Part shown: positions 1 to 7,477 of the stretch, one piece after another
Layout: each line of letters starts with the position of its first letter
Numbering within the stretch: the first letter of the stretch is position 1
Source: Nitrospirae bacterium MYbin3
GTDB lineage: Bacteria; Nitrospirota; Thermodesulfovibrionia; Thermodesulfovibrionales; Dissulfurispiraceae
Length of the DNA stretch: 20,000 nt
Assembly: GCA_002753335.1 (NCBI GenBank)
Contig: PEAD01000001.1
Location: 119,245-139,244 of the forward strand
Direction: 5' to 3'
Made by a program: the position numbers and the translations under genes
The notes under the pieces: generated by a model
Seen by the model: the letters and a program-made list of their open reading frames with translations, nothing else
Database searches by the model: none
Told to the model about the DNA's origin: nothing

Positions 1-2
1 GC

Positions 3-740
3 CACGAGAAGGGATCGTTTACAGGAGCTGCCGAAAGGAAAACCGGCAAGTTCGAGCTTGCTGACAGAGGCACTCTCTTTCTTGATGAGATAGGAGACAT
101 GACGCTCTCCACTCAGGCCAAGGTGCTGAGGGTAATCGAGACGCAGGTTTTTCAGCGCGTCGGCGGGAACAAAAGCATAAAGGTGGATGTACGTATAGTG
201 GCTGCTACAAACAAAAACCTGACCGAAGAGGTGAAGGCCGGCAATTTCAGGGAGGATCTCTTCTTTCGCTTGAATGTGATCCCTATATCCCTGCCCCCGC
301 TCAGGGAAAGACGCGAAGACCTTCCGATGCTGATCGAACATTTTATATCTATGTTTTCATCAGAATACGGATTAAAACCGAAAACCCTTAATCCGGATGT
401 GCTGAAAATATTCAAAGACCATGACTGGCCAGGAAATATCAGAGAACTAAAAAACATCGTTGAGCGATTGATGATAATGATTCCATCATCAGCCATTGAT
501 AAAAGCAGCATCGAGGGACTGGCTCTCTTTAAAGGCCAGCAGGCAACGCAGGAAAGCGATTATTTTTCTTCAACCACGCTGCGTGATGCGAGAGATGCAT
601 TCGAGAAAGAGTTCTTGATCAGGAAGCTTGCAGAAAACAACTGGAATGTATCTAAAACAGCAGAGGCGATAGAAATAGAGCGAAGCAATCTTCATAAAAA
701 GATAAAGGCTTTTGATATTATGGAGCCAAAAGAACTATAA
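3..740 (+). CDS. Sigma-54-dependent transcriptional activator (NtrC/NtrX-like; AAA+ domain plus Fis-type HTH), 5'-truncated by the window
   Basis: The frame is open from nt 3: [33 protein letters not shown] (GAFTGA-like loop and Walker B), then [39 protein letters not shown] and a C-terminal HTH ([22 protein letters not shown]). The ATG at 99 in the ORF track is internal. Stop TAA at 738-740. Confidence 0.93.
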   Translation, partial: HEKGSFTGAAERKTGKFELADRGTLFLDEIGDMTLSTQAKVLRVIETQVFQRVGGNKSIKVDVRIVAATNKNLTEEVKAGNFREDLFFRLNVIPISLPPLRERREDLPMLIEHFISMFSSEYGLKPKTLNPDVLKIFKDHDWPGNIRELKNIVERLMIMIPSSAIDKSSIEGLALFKGQQATQESDYFSSTTLRDARDAFEKEFLIRKLAENNWNVSKTAEAIEIERSNLHKKIKAFDIMEPKEL

Positions 741-757
741 ACCCTGAAAATGCTTTT

Positions 758-905
758 AACCACAGAGCACACAGAGAAAGATTCAGATAAAAAAGAAAAG
801 ACAGTTGTTTCTCTGCGTATATTTTTATACAAGAACACTAATAGGAACACAGAGCAAAGATATCTTTTTTCAATGCCTTGTTTCCTCTCTGTGACCTCTG
901 TGGTT
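758..905. repeat. 148-bp non-coding element bounded by 20-bp imperfect inverted repeats (MITE/REP-like)
   Basis: Left arm AACCACAGAGCACACAGAGA (758-777). Right arm TCTCTGTGACCTCTGTGGTT (886-905), whose reverse complement AACCACAGAGGTCACAGAGA matches 18/20. Internal partial arms at 808-818 and 848-856. Confidence 0.8.
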
Positions 906-954
906 TGCCTTAATGCATTATTTAGGTAAACCGATATTCGGTAAAGGATAAAAT

Positions 955-2313
955 ATGAGCGCAATCGTAGCGATAGTAGGAAGGCCTAACTCAGGCAAAT
1001 CAACACTTTTCAACCGTATGCGGTCGCGAACCGGCAGCCGCAGGCTTTCGGCTATAACAGAGGAGATGCCGGGCGTTACACGCGACAGAAACTACGGCGA
1101 TGCTGTATGGGAAGACCACCGCTTTGTTGTGATCGATACCGGTGGTTTTTACCTTGAGGGAGAAGGCGACATAGGCAGGCAGGTTGAAGAAAAAGCTTTA
1201 TTCGCGATAGATGAGGCGGACCTTATAATACATCTTTTGGATGCCAGGGAAGGGCTTAATCCATCAGACAGAGAGCTTGCGGATATGATCCGCAAATCTG
1301 GCAAAAAGGCTCTCTGGGTTGCCAATAAAATAGATATTCATGCACATGCAACAAAAGCCCTCGAATTTTTTGGTGTTGGAGTAGAAGAAATATTGCCAGT
1401 TTCCGCGGTAAATGGTTATGGGTTTGATGACTTGATGGAGCGTGTAATAACGTCTTTAAAAGAGGTCTGCGGCGAAGATTTCTCCAGTGATACCCCGGAT
1501 CCTGAGACAAGCGGAATCCCGAGGATTGCGGTGGTGGGCAAGCCGAATGTGGGCAAATCAACTCTTGTAAACGCCTTTTTGGGCAAGAACAGACATATAG
1601 TAAGTCCGATCGCCGGAACAACAAGAGACTCTGTGGATTCGGTATGCACATATTACGGCCGAAAATATCTTTTCATAGACACGGCTGGCATCAGAAAAAA
1701 AGTCGAGCGCTACTCGATAGAGCGCTTTTCTGTCGTCAGAGCGATGAAAAGCATAGAGAAGGCTGATGTGGCGATCATAGTAATAGATTCGACGCTCGGA
1801 ATAACCGAGCAGGACCAGAAGATAGCCGGCATAATTCAGGAATATGGCAAGAGTGCAATATTTATGTTTAATAAATGGGACCTGATGCAGGAACCTGAGC
1901 TTGATTACAAAAGGCTCTCTGCTGACCTGCCTAGGAAAATATGGTTTCTGGGACACGCTCCAATCCTCACAGCATCCGGATTGTCAAAGAAAAGAATCAC
2001 ACGCATATTCCCTATGATCGATGATGTTATGGCAGAAAGGAAAAAGAAGATACCAACACCCGAACTTAATAAATTCCTTTCGGCCACCCTCGCAAAAAAA
2101 CCTTTTCCCCTTTATAAAGGCAGGGAGGTAAAATTCTTTTATGTGGCGCAGACCGGCGTTGAACCGCCTGCATTCACGCTTTTCGTCAATTATCAGCCGG
2201 CGGTAAGAGAGCAGCATCTCCGTTTTTTAGAAAAAGCGCTCAGGGCGGCTTACTCGTTCAGCGGTGCACCCATACGAATTTCTGTGAAAGCACGTAGAAA
2301 TGTGCTAAAATAG
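955..2313 (+). CDS. der: Ribosome biogenesis GTPase Der (EngA)
   Basis: Two tandem G-domains: GRPNSGKS / PGVTRDR / DTGG / NKID and GKPNVGKS / AGTTRDS / DTAG / NKWD, plus a C-terminal KH-like domain (QTGVEPPAFTLFVN...FSGAPIRI). SD-like AAGGA upstream. Confidence 0.98.
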   Translation: MSAIVAIVGRPNSGKSTLFNRMRSRTGSRRLSAITEEMPGVTRDRNYGDAVWEDHRFVVIDTGGFYLEGEGDIGRQVEEKALFAIDEADLIIHLLDAREGLNPSDRELADMIRKSGKKALWVANKIDIHAHATKALEFFGVGVEEILPVSAVNGYGFDDLMERVITSLKEVCGEDFSSDTPDPETSGIPRIAVVGKPNVGKSTLVNAFLGKNRHIVSPIAGTTRDSVDSVCTYYGRKYLFIDTAGIRKKVERYSIERFSVVRAMKSIEKADVAIIVIDSTLGITEQDQKIAGIIQEYGKSAIFMFNKWDLMQEPELDYKRLSADLPRKIWFLGHAPILTASGLSKKRITRIFPMIDDVMAERKKKIPTPELNKFLSATLAKKPFPLYKGREVKFFYVAQTGVEPPAFTLFVNYQPAVREQHLRFLEKALRAAYSFSGAPIRISVKARRNVLK

Positions 2314-2347
2314 AAGACGTTAGCCGTATAAGACAAGGAGGAATAAA

Positions 2348-2767
2348 ATGCTCAAAATACTTGTAGCCCACGACGGTTCCAAGTCTTCAGATAAGGCGCT
2401 TAAAAAAGCGGTTGAAATGTCGGTCAGCATGAGCGGTGCTCTGACCGTTGTTTCGGTGGTTCCGGAGCTTTATCTTACCCAGTTGACCGACGTGGACAGA
2501 AACCGTATAGCAAAGGCCCTTACAGAAGAAACAGGCGACGCACTAGAAAAGATCAGGAAGTCGCTCGCAGGCAGATCCATAGATGTAAAGACAGTTATAA
2601 GACAGGGCGATCCTGCAGAGAAGATACTCGAAACCGCCCAGAAGATGAAGGTTGATCTGATCATTACCGGTTCTCACGGCAGGCACGGCGCAAAGAAGTT
2701 TCTGCTCGGAAGCGTTTCTGCTAAGGTTGTAGATTATTCAAAATGTCCTGTGATGGTGGTTAAATAG
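2348..2767 (+). CDS. Universal stress protein (UspA family, ATP-binding type)
   Basis: KILVAHDGSKSSDKAL N-terminus, GDPAEKIL, and DLIITGSHGRHGAKKFLLGSVSAKVVDYSKCPVMVV carrying the G-2x-G-9x-GS motif. Strong RBS AAGGAGG upstream. Confidence 0.96.
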   Translation: MLKILVAHDGSKSSDKALKKAVEMSVSMSGALTVVSVVPELYLTQLTDVDRNRIAKALTEETGDALEKIRKSLAGRSIDVKTVIRQGDPAEKILETAQKMKVDLIITGSHGRHGAKKFLLGSVSAKVVDYSKCPVMVVK

Positions 2768-2794
2768 CGGTTAATTTTTTATCAAATAATACGG

Positions 2795-2820
2795 AAGCCC
2801 GCATTCTGCGGGCTTTTTTT
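2795..2820 (+). terminator. Rho-independent terminator between the convergent usp and GT4 genes
   Basis: Perfect stem AAGCCCGCA (2795-2803), loop TTC, TGCGGGCTT (2807-2815), continuing into a T-run to about 2820. May be weakly bidirectional. Confidence 0.88.
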
Positions 2821-3964
2821 ATGATCGGTTCTTATTTTCCTTAACCTTGTTTATCAATCCGCAAAAGCCCTTAACCGCATTTTCTACCGGATAAAGTTCG
2901 GCCGTAGCTCTAGCGTTCTTGCCCATTTCAGAGCTGTTTTTAAAGGCGGCATCCATTTTTTCGGCAAGTTCGGCCGCATCACTGATTGATTCTGTTACAA
3001 AGCCATTCTGTCCATTAACAACCAATTCGGAAGCGCCATTGTTGCGCGTGGTTATAACAGCAACGCCCGAAGCCATAGCCTCTATAGTGGCATTGCTGAA
3101 CGGATCGTACAATGTAGGAAGAACAAACAGGTCGGCTGCAGCATAAATCTTTTCGATATTCTTCTGTGTGTCGAGAAAAACAAACCTTTCGCCTATTACT
3201 GCATCCGCCGCCTGCTTTGCATACTTTTGAGTGTTGCCTTTGCCTATAACGATTAAGCGCACATTTTTTTCTCTGAGCAGTGCAGCAGCGTTAATCAAAG
3301 TCTTCAGGCCTTTTCTTTCGAACCCTGTACCCACAAAAAGAACAACCTTTGCATTTTCGGATATAGCAAGGCTTTGCCTTAATTCATTGCGCATGCTGTC
3401 TCTGTTTTGTAGAGAGAACCTCTCCAAGTCCACACCGTTATAAATCACGGTTATTCTGTCCTCTTCAACCCCATAATGTTTGATTATCTGGTCTTTCACC
3501 ATCTTTGAGTTGGCAACGATCAAAGGCGTATTCTGAAAAAGTTTTTTTTCGATATTAAGCAGAGTGCGGTGAAGAGGGTTTAAATTAAACGAGGCTCTTT
3601 TAAACGCAGGTTCGAATCGCGACCTTATTTCGAGCCATTCGGCGTGACAGCCCTCGCCGGCCCTGTAAATATCCTGACAGACGGTGCGTTCAAGGCTTAT
3701 GACGCAGTCGTCTTTCCATCCGCCCTCAATCAATCTGCATACATTTTTGTTAAATGAGGTTATTGAAAGATATGAGTTGAAAGAAATAGCAGGTATTTTA
3801 TGGAAAATAACATCCTGAGCCTCTGTCCATTTGTTTGCAAAGATATGAATTTCATGGCCGTTTTTTTTGAATGCGTCAATCAGGGTTTCGAGATACCTTT
3901 CTGCGCCGCCATGAAGCGAGAACCTTTTTTTGACGAAAGCTATGCGCAATGCTTCCGTTCCCAA
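2819..3964 (-). CDS. Glycosyltransferase family 4, LPS core (WabG/RfaG-like); true start may be the TTG at 3949 (MRIAF...)
   Basis: RIAFVKKRFSLHGGAERY, DIYRAGEGCHAEWL, VIYNGVD, FVGTGFERKGL, and the GT4 signature DLFVLPTLYDPFSNATIEAMASG. Overlaps the stop of the upstream GT2 gene. Confidence 0.92.
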   Translation of the reverse strand: MGTEALRIAFVKKRFSLHGGAERYLETLIDAFKKNGHEIHIFANKWTEAQDVIFHKIPAISFNSYLSITSFNKNVCRLIEGGWKDDCVISLERTVCQDIYRAGEGCHAEWLEIRSRFEPAFKRASFNLNPLHRTLLNIEKKLFQNTPLIVANSKMVKDQIIKHYGVEEDRITVIYNGVDLERFSLQNRDSMRNELRQSLAISENAKVVLFVGTGFERKGLKTLINAAALLREKNVRLIVIGKGNTQKYAKQAADAVIGERFVFLDTQKNIEKIYAAADLFVLPTLYDPFSNATIEAMASGVAVITTRNNGASELVVNGQNGFVTESISDAAELAEKMDAAFKNSSEMGKNARATAELYPVENAVKGFCGLINKVKENKNRS

Positions 3965-4695
3965 ACTTTCAAATACTTGAGGAAGGTGTAAAAACTATAA
4001 AGAGCAGCAAGCACAAAACCATGCAGTCCGTCCCTGAAACCCTGCTGCAAAAAATACATCCTGAAAAAAGCGGCCGGAGGGTTGATAAATATTGACAACA
4101 CAGCCTTTGCAGCTTTTTTGTCATATATCTCTTTTGCGGACATAGTAGAGTACCGCTCCATCTTTGCTATATATTCAGAAACTGTCCTGTAGGTGTAATG
4201 CTCAAAAGGCTCTTTAAGATGAGCTGTTAGCCCATTCACAAGAACCCTCTCATGCACTTCGCGCGGTTCGAGATGAGAGACGCTTTTTCTGAAAAGCCGC
4301 ATTGAATAATCGGGCCACCAGCCGCTGTGGCGTATCCATCTGCCGAGAAAATAGTTTTTACGCGGGGCAAAATAGCCGCTTATCTTTTCGTCCTTTATGC
4401 GTGACACAATCTCGGCTTTAAGCGCAGGAGTTGCTCGTTCATCGGCATCGAGAATAAAAACCCATTCGTTTTTGGCGTAATCAACCGCTATCTGTTTGTG
4501 TTTTGAGAAGTTGACCCATTCATGCTGATACACCCTGTCGGTGTACTTCCTGCAAAGCTCAACGGTCCTGTCATCGCTGAAAGAATCCACTACAACGATA
4601 TCGTCAAAATCCCTTACGCTTTCGAGCGCTTCAGCGATATTGCGTTCTTCATTTTTAACGATTATTGCGATAGAAACCGGTATTTTTTTTTGCAT
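3940..4695 (-). CDS. Glycosyltransferase family 2, LPS core beta-1,4-glucosyltransferase-like (WaaE/KdtX/LgtF type)
   Basis: SIAIIVKNEERNI, VVDSFSDDRT, WVFILDADER (DxD), RKNYFLGRWIRHSGWWPD, VHE and GFRDGLHGF motifs. Confidence 0.93.
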   Translation of the reverse strand: MQKKIPVSIAIIVKNEERNIAEALESVRDFDDIVVVDSFSDDRTVELCRKYTDRVYQHEWVNFSKHKQIAVDYAKNEWVFILDADERATPALKAEIVSRIKDEKISGYFAPRKNYFLGRWIRHSGWWPDYSMRLFRKSVSHLEPREVHERVLVNGLTAHLKEPFEHYTYRTVSEYIAKMERYSTMSAKEIYDKKAAKAVLSIFINPPAAFFRMYFLQQGFRDGLHGFVLAALYSFYTFLKYLKVWERKHCA

Positions 4696-4720
4696 GGGAG
4701 GGTTTGTTGACGCGCCAATA

Positions 4721-5707
4721 TTATCCGCCGATTCTGGACATCGGCTTCAGATAAGCAAAATCCTGCTGCTGATTAATCGCATGCGCCTCAGGTTTTATCT
4801 CGACCGCAAGCCTTAGAAGCCTTTCTATTTCGCTGTCATCAGAGCCCATCCTGATTGATGATTTCAGGTCTATTTCGGTTTCCGAAAAAAGACAGGGCCT
4901 AAGTTTGCCGTCAGCTGTCAACCTGAGCCTGTTGCAGCTTCCGCAGAAATGGTGGGTTATGGGGCTTATAAAGCCTATTACGCCTGCTGCACCGCTGAAC
5001 CTGAAATACCGCGCAGGACCGGCACGTCTAAGCTTGACCGGCTCGAGCGGAGCTATCTGTGAAACTCGCTCTTTTATCTCTTCTGTTGATATGTATTTTT
5101 CGCGGCTCCATGCATCCTTTGCTCCAATCGGCATAAACTCTATAAATCTTACATGGCATGGCTTCTCTATGGTCAGCCGCGCAAAGTGCTGAATCTCGTC
5201 ATCATTGACACTCTTAACCGGGACCATGTTTATCTTTACAGGAGAAAGCCCTGCATTTTCTGCCTCCTGAATCCCGTGAAGCACAGTGTCAAGGCTACCG
5301 CCTCTTGTTATCTCTTTGTATCTTTCAGGGATGAACGAATCAAGGCTCACATTAACCCTGCGCAACCCGGCTGCTGCAAGTGCAAAAGCCTTTTCTGCCA
5401 GTAAAACGCCGTTGGTGGTGAGGCTTATATCTTCTATACCATAGATTCCGTTCAGAGAAGATATAAGGTATTCGAGGTTTTTTCTGACAAGCGGCTCACC
5501 GCCCGTAATCCTGACTTTGCGGACTCCTAGTCCGGCAGCAACTTTTACAATCCTGATAATCTCTTCATAGCTGAGAATATCTTTGTGGCTAAACGGGCTT
5601 ATGCCTGATGACGGCATGCAGTAAACGCATCGCAGGTTGCAGCGGTCAATGACCGATATTCGCATATAGTCAATGACACGCTCGTACCTGTCGAAGATAA
5701 GACTCAT
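4721..5707 (-). CDS. moaA: GTP 3',8-cyclase MoaA (radical SAM, molybdenum cofactor biosynthesis)
   Basis: YMRISVIDRCNLRCVYCMP (CxxxCxxC), RITGGEPL, TTNG, FIEFMP, a second cluster motif FCGSCNRLRLTADGKLRPCLF, and C-terminal MSRIGG. Confidence 0.98.
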   Translation of the reverse strand: MSLIFDRYERVIDYMRISVIDRCNLRCVYCMPSSGISPFSHKDILSYEEIIRIVKVAAGLGVRKVRITGGEPLVRKNLEYLISSLNGIYGIEDISLTTNGVLLAEKAFALAAAGLRRVNVSLDSFIPERYKEITRGGSLDTVLHGIQEAENAGLSPVKINMVPVKSVNDDEIQHFARLTIEKPCHVRFIEFMPIGAKDAWSREKYISTEEIKERVSQIAPLEPVKLRRAGPARYFRFSGAAGVIGFISPITHHFCGSCNRLRLTADGKLRPCLFSETEIDLKSSIRMGSDDSEIERLLRLAVEIKPEAHAINQQQDFAYLKPMSRIGG

Positions 5708-6636
5708 CTTTTCTTTTTCTTGCTTTTGGGTGAAGCGGCGGTGTTTCTCGACAGCATCTCGCCTATCTTTTTTTCGGCCAGATCCGCCTCTGATGAGCGA
5801 GGGTATTTTTCTATGAGTTTTTCCAGAACGATCTTAGCGGTCTTTTTATCCCCAATTTCGATAAAAGAATATCCCTGTTTAAGCATAGCACCCCTCGCCT
5901 TATCATGCTGAGGATGTTTTTTGAGAAGAGACTCGTAGGCCAGAATCGCATCATCAAATTTTTTCTCGCCGTAATAGGTCTCTCCAATCCAGAAAAGTGC
6001 GTTGGGCGCAAGCTCATGTTTCGGATTGTCTTTTGCGAACTTTTCGAATTTCTGCCTCGCTTCCGGGAATTTCTTTTCTTTTAAATCCACATGAGCATCG
6101 TCATACAACTGCCTTACTACATCCTTAGAGGTGGAAGGCTGCGTAGCGTTGTCCTGCGGCTTGTCTACGGGCTTTTCTGCAGGCTTCTGGGCCTCTTCCT
6201 GAACAGGAGCGCTGTTTGCTTTTGCCTTAAGCTCTTTAACGCTGTTTTCGAGCGCAGCTATTTTTGCCTGCTGCAGCTCTTTTTCGGCTATAAGGTCTTT
6301 TATCGTCTTGTCCGAATAATATTTGTTTTCGTCAAACCGGCCTTTTAAAACCTGCACCTCTTTTGAAAGGTCTGAGGTCTGGCTCACGATAGAAGACTGG
6401 CTGTCTTTTACAGCGCTGAGAGAATACTCTTTAAGGGTCATTACGTCTTTAGAAAGATCAGAAACACGCTCCTTCTGAGCAGCCATATCCTTTTTCTGGT
6501 TTATCATATCGGCTTGAAGATTGATAAGAGTGTTCTTCATAGCATCCATATCCGAGGAACTGGCACAACCTCCAACCAACAGCACACACAAAAGGCAACC
6601 CCCAAAAAAACTGGTCTTTCTGATAAACGCCGCCAT
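5704..6636 (-). CDS. ybgF: Tol-Pal system protein YbgF/CpoB (coiled coil plus TPR), probable lipoprotein
   Basis: Directly downstream of pal with a TAATG overlap. Signal peptide with lipobox-like LVGGC, long coiled coil, and C-terminal TPRs (LAPNALFWIGETYY, KARGAMLKQGYSF, LIEKYPRSSEA). Confidence 0.9.
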   Translation of the reverse strand: MAAFIRKTSFFGGCLLCVLLVGGCASSSDMDAMKNTLINLQADMINQKKDMAAQKERVSDLSKDVMTLKEYSLSAVKDSQSSIVSQTSDLSKEVQVLKGRFDENKYYSDKTIKDLIAEKELQQAKIAALENSVKELKAKANSAPVQEEAQKPAEKPVDKPQDNATQPSTSKDVVRQLYDDAHVDLKEKKFPEARQKFEKFAKDNPKHELAPNALFWIGETYYGEKKFDDAILAYESLLKKHPQHDKARGAMLKQGYSFIEIGDKKTAKIVLEKLIEKYPRSSEADLAEKKIGEMLSRNTAASPKSKKKKR

Positions 6637-7232
6637 TACTTCTTATCCTCTGTCAGAACAAAGTGTGCTCTTCGGTTTCTTGCCCAGCATTCTTCGGCAG
6701 CCTCGCTGCAAACAGGCTTTTCTTCGCCGTAGCTTACGGTTTCTATTTTGCTCGAAGGAATTCCTAGAGAGAGCAGGAAGTTTTTAACCGCATTAGCTCT
6801 TTTATCTCCAAGCCCCAAGTTATATTCGTTGGTGCCGCGTTCATCGCAATGGCCTTCGATTATTATTTTTATGCCTCTGTTTTTCACAAGCCCGGCCGAA
6901 GCATCTTTGAGCACAGGCTTTGCGTCATCGCGGATATCATATCTGTCAAAATCGAAATATACATCTTTAAGTCTGCTTTGCAGTTCGGACATGGCTGTTT
7001 TGGAATCGGACATCTGAGCCTTTTGCCTCTGGGTCTCAACAATTGTGTCGGGTTCTGTACGCTTTGGCGACTGCTGCTCTTGCGCTTTAGATTTGTCGGA
7101 CAGGGATTCTTTTTCTACAGGTTTTACATCTGTCTGCTGCTCCGGTCCCTTTGTGGCTGCCTTTTTACCGCAGCCTGCAAAAATAAAAGTACCGCACAAA
7201 ATAATCAAAATCAAAAATGAGAGCTTTTTCAT
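6636..7232 (-). CDS. pal: Peptidoglycan-associated lipoprotein Pal (OmpA-like domain)
   Basis: Lipobox FAGC, VYFDFDRYDI, IEGHCDERGTNEYNLGLGDKRA, VSYGEEKP, NRRA. RBS GGAGGG at 7238-7243 on the minus strand. Confidence 0.97.
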   Translation of the reverse strand: MKKLSFLILIILCGTFIFAGCGKKAATKGPEQQTDVKPVEKESLSDKSKAQEQQSPKRTEPDTIVETQRQKAQMSDSKTAMSELQSRLKDVYFDFDRYDIRDDAKPVLKDASAGLVKNRGIKIIIEGHCDERGTNEYNLGLGDKRANAVKNFLLSLGIPSSKIETVSYGEEKPVCSEAAEECWARNRRAHFVLTEDKK

Positions 7233-7262
7233 AGCTTCCCTCCAGCAGTATTAGTAATTGTT

Positions 7263-7291
7263 AATTTAGCAAATATTATGTTTCTATGCAA
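7263..7291 (-). promoter_or_regulatory. Predicted sigma-70 promoter for the pal-ybgF-moaA-GT2-GT4 operon
   Basis: Minus strand reads TTGCAT (-35; 7291-7286), 17-nt spacer ending in TGc (extended -10), then TAAATT (7268-7263), about 30 nt upstream of the pal ATG. Confidence 0.6.
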
Positions 7292-7340
7292 GGAAGCCGT
7301 AAAGATAAGTTGTTCTTCATGATAAGTTACAGTGCAGAGA

Positions 7341-7370
7341 TTGACTTTATCAAAAAACCTGAGCGATACT
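7341..7370 (+). promoter_or_regulatory. Predicted sigma-70 promoter for the cyclase/STAND gene
   Basis: TTGACT (7341-7346), 18-nt spacer, GATACT (7365-7370), about 105 nt upstream of the probable start codon. Confidence 0.45.
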
Positions 7371-7477
7371 CACTAAATGAATTTAAGGGTTAGGCAATAT
7401 GGCCTTACTCAGAGGTCCAATAAGCTCCGGTTCTGTTTGTGCAGCAGCCGTTTCTATTCTTCACAAGGTGCACCTCA

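Noticed and set aside
908..942. Small palindromes TAATGCATTA (911-920) and ACCGA-TAT-TCGGT (930-942) upstream of der
   Set aside because: Short and AT-rich or weak, expected by chance, with no U-tract and no recognisable operator.
692..964. 90-aa minus-strand ORF spanning the intergenic region upstream of der
   Set aside because: It overlaps both flanking genes and is just a translation of the inverted-repeat element (TTEVTE... and FSVCSVV are the two arms). No recognisable domain.
7341..7353. Possible FNR/CRP-family box TTGAC-TTT-ATCAA
   Set aside because: The spacer is 3 nt rather than the 4 nt of TTGAT-N4-ATCAA. Kept only as an unassigned dyad.
7371..7477. Possible riboswitch (e.g. c-di-GMP or Moco) in the cyclase leader
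   Set aside because: No recognisable consensus or terminator by eye. An Infernal/Rfam search would be needed to exclude it fully.
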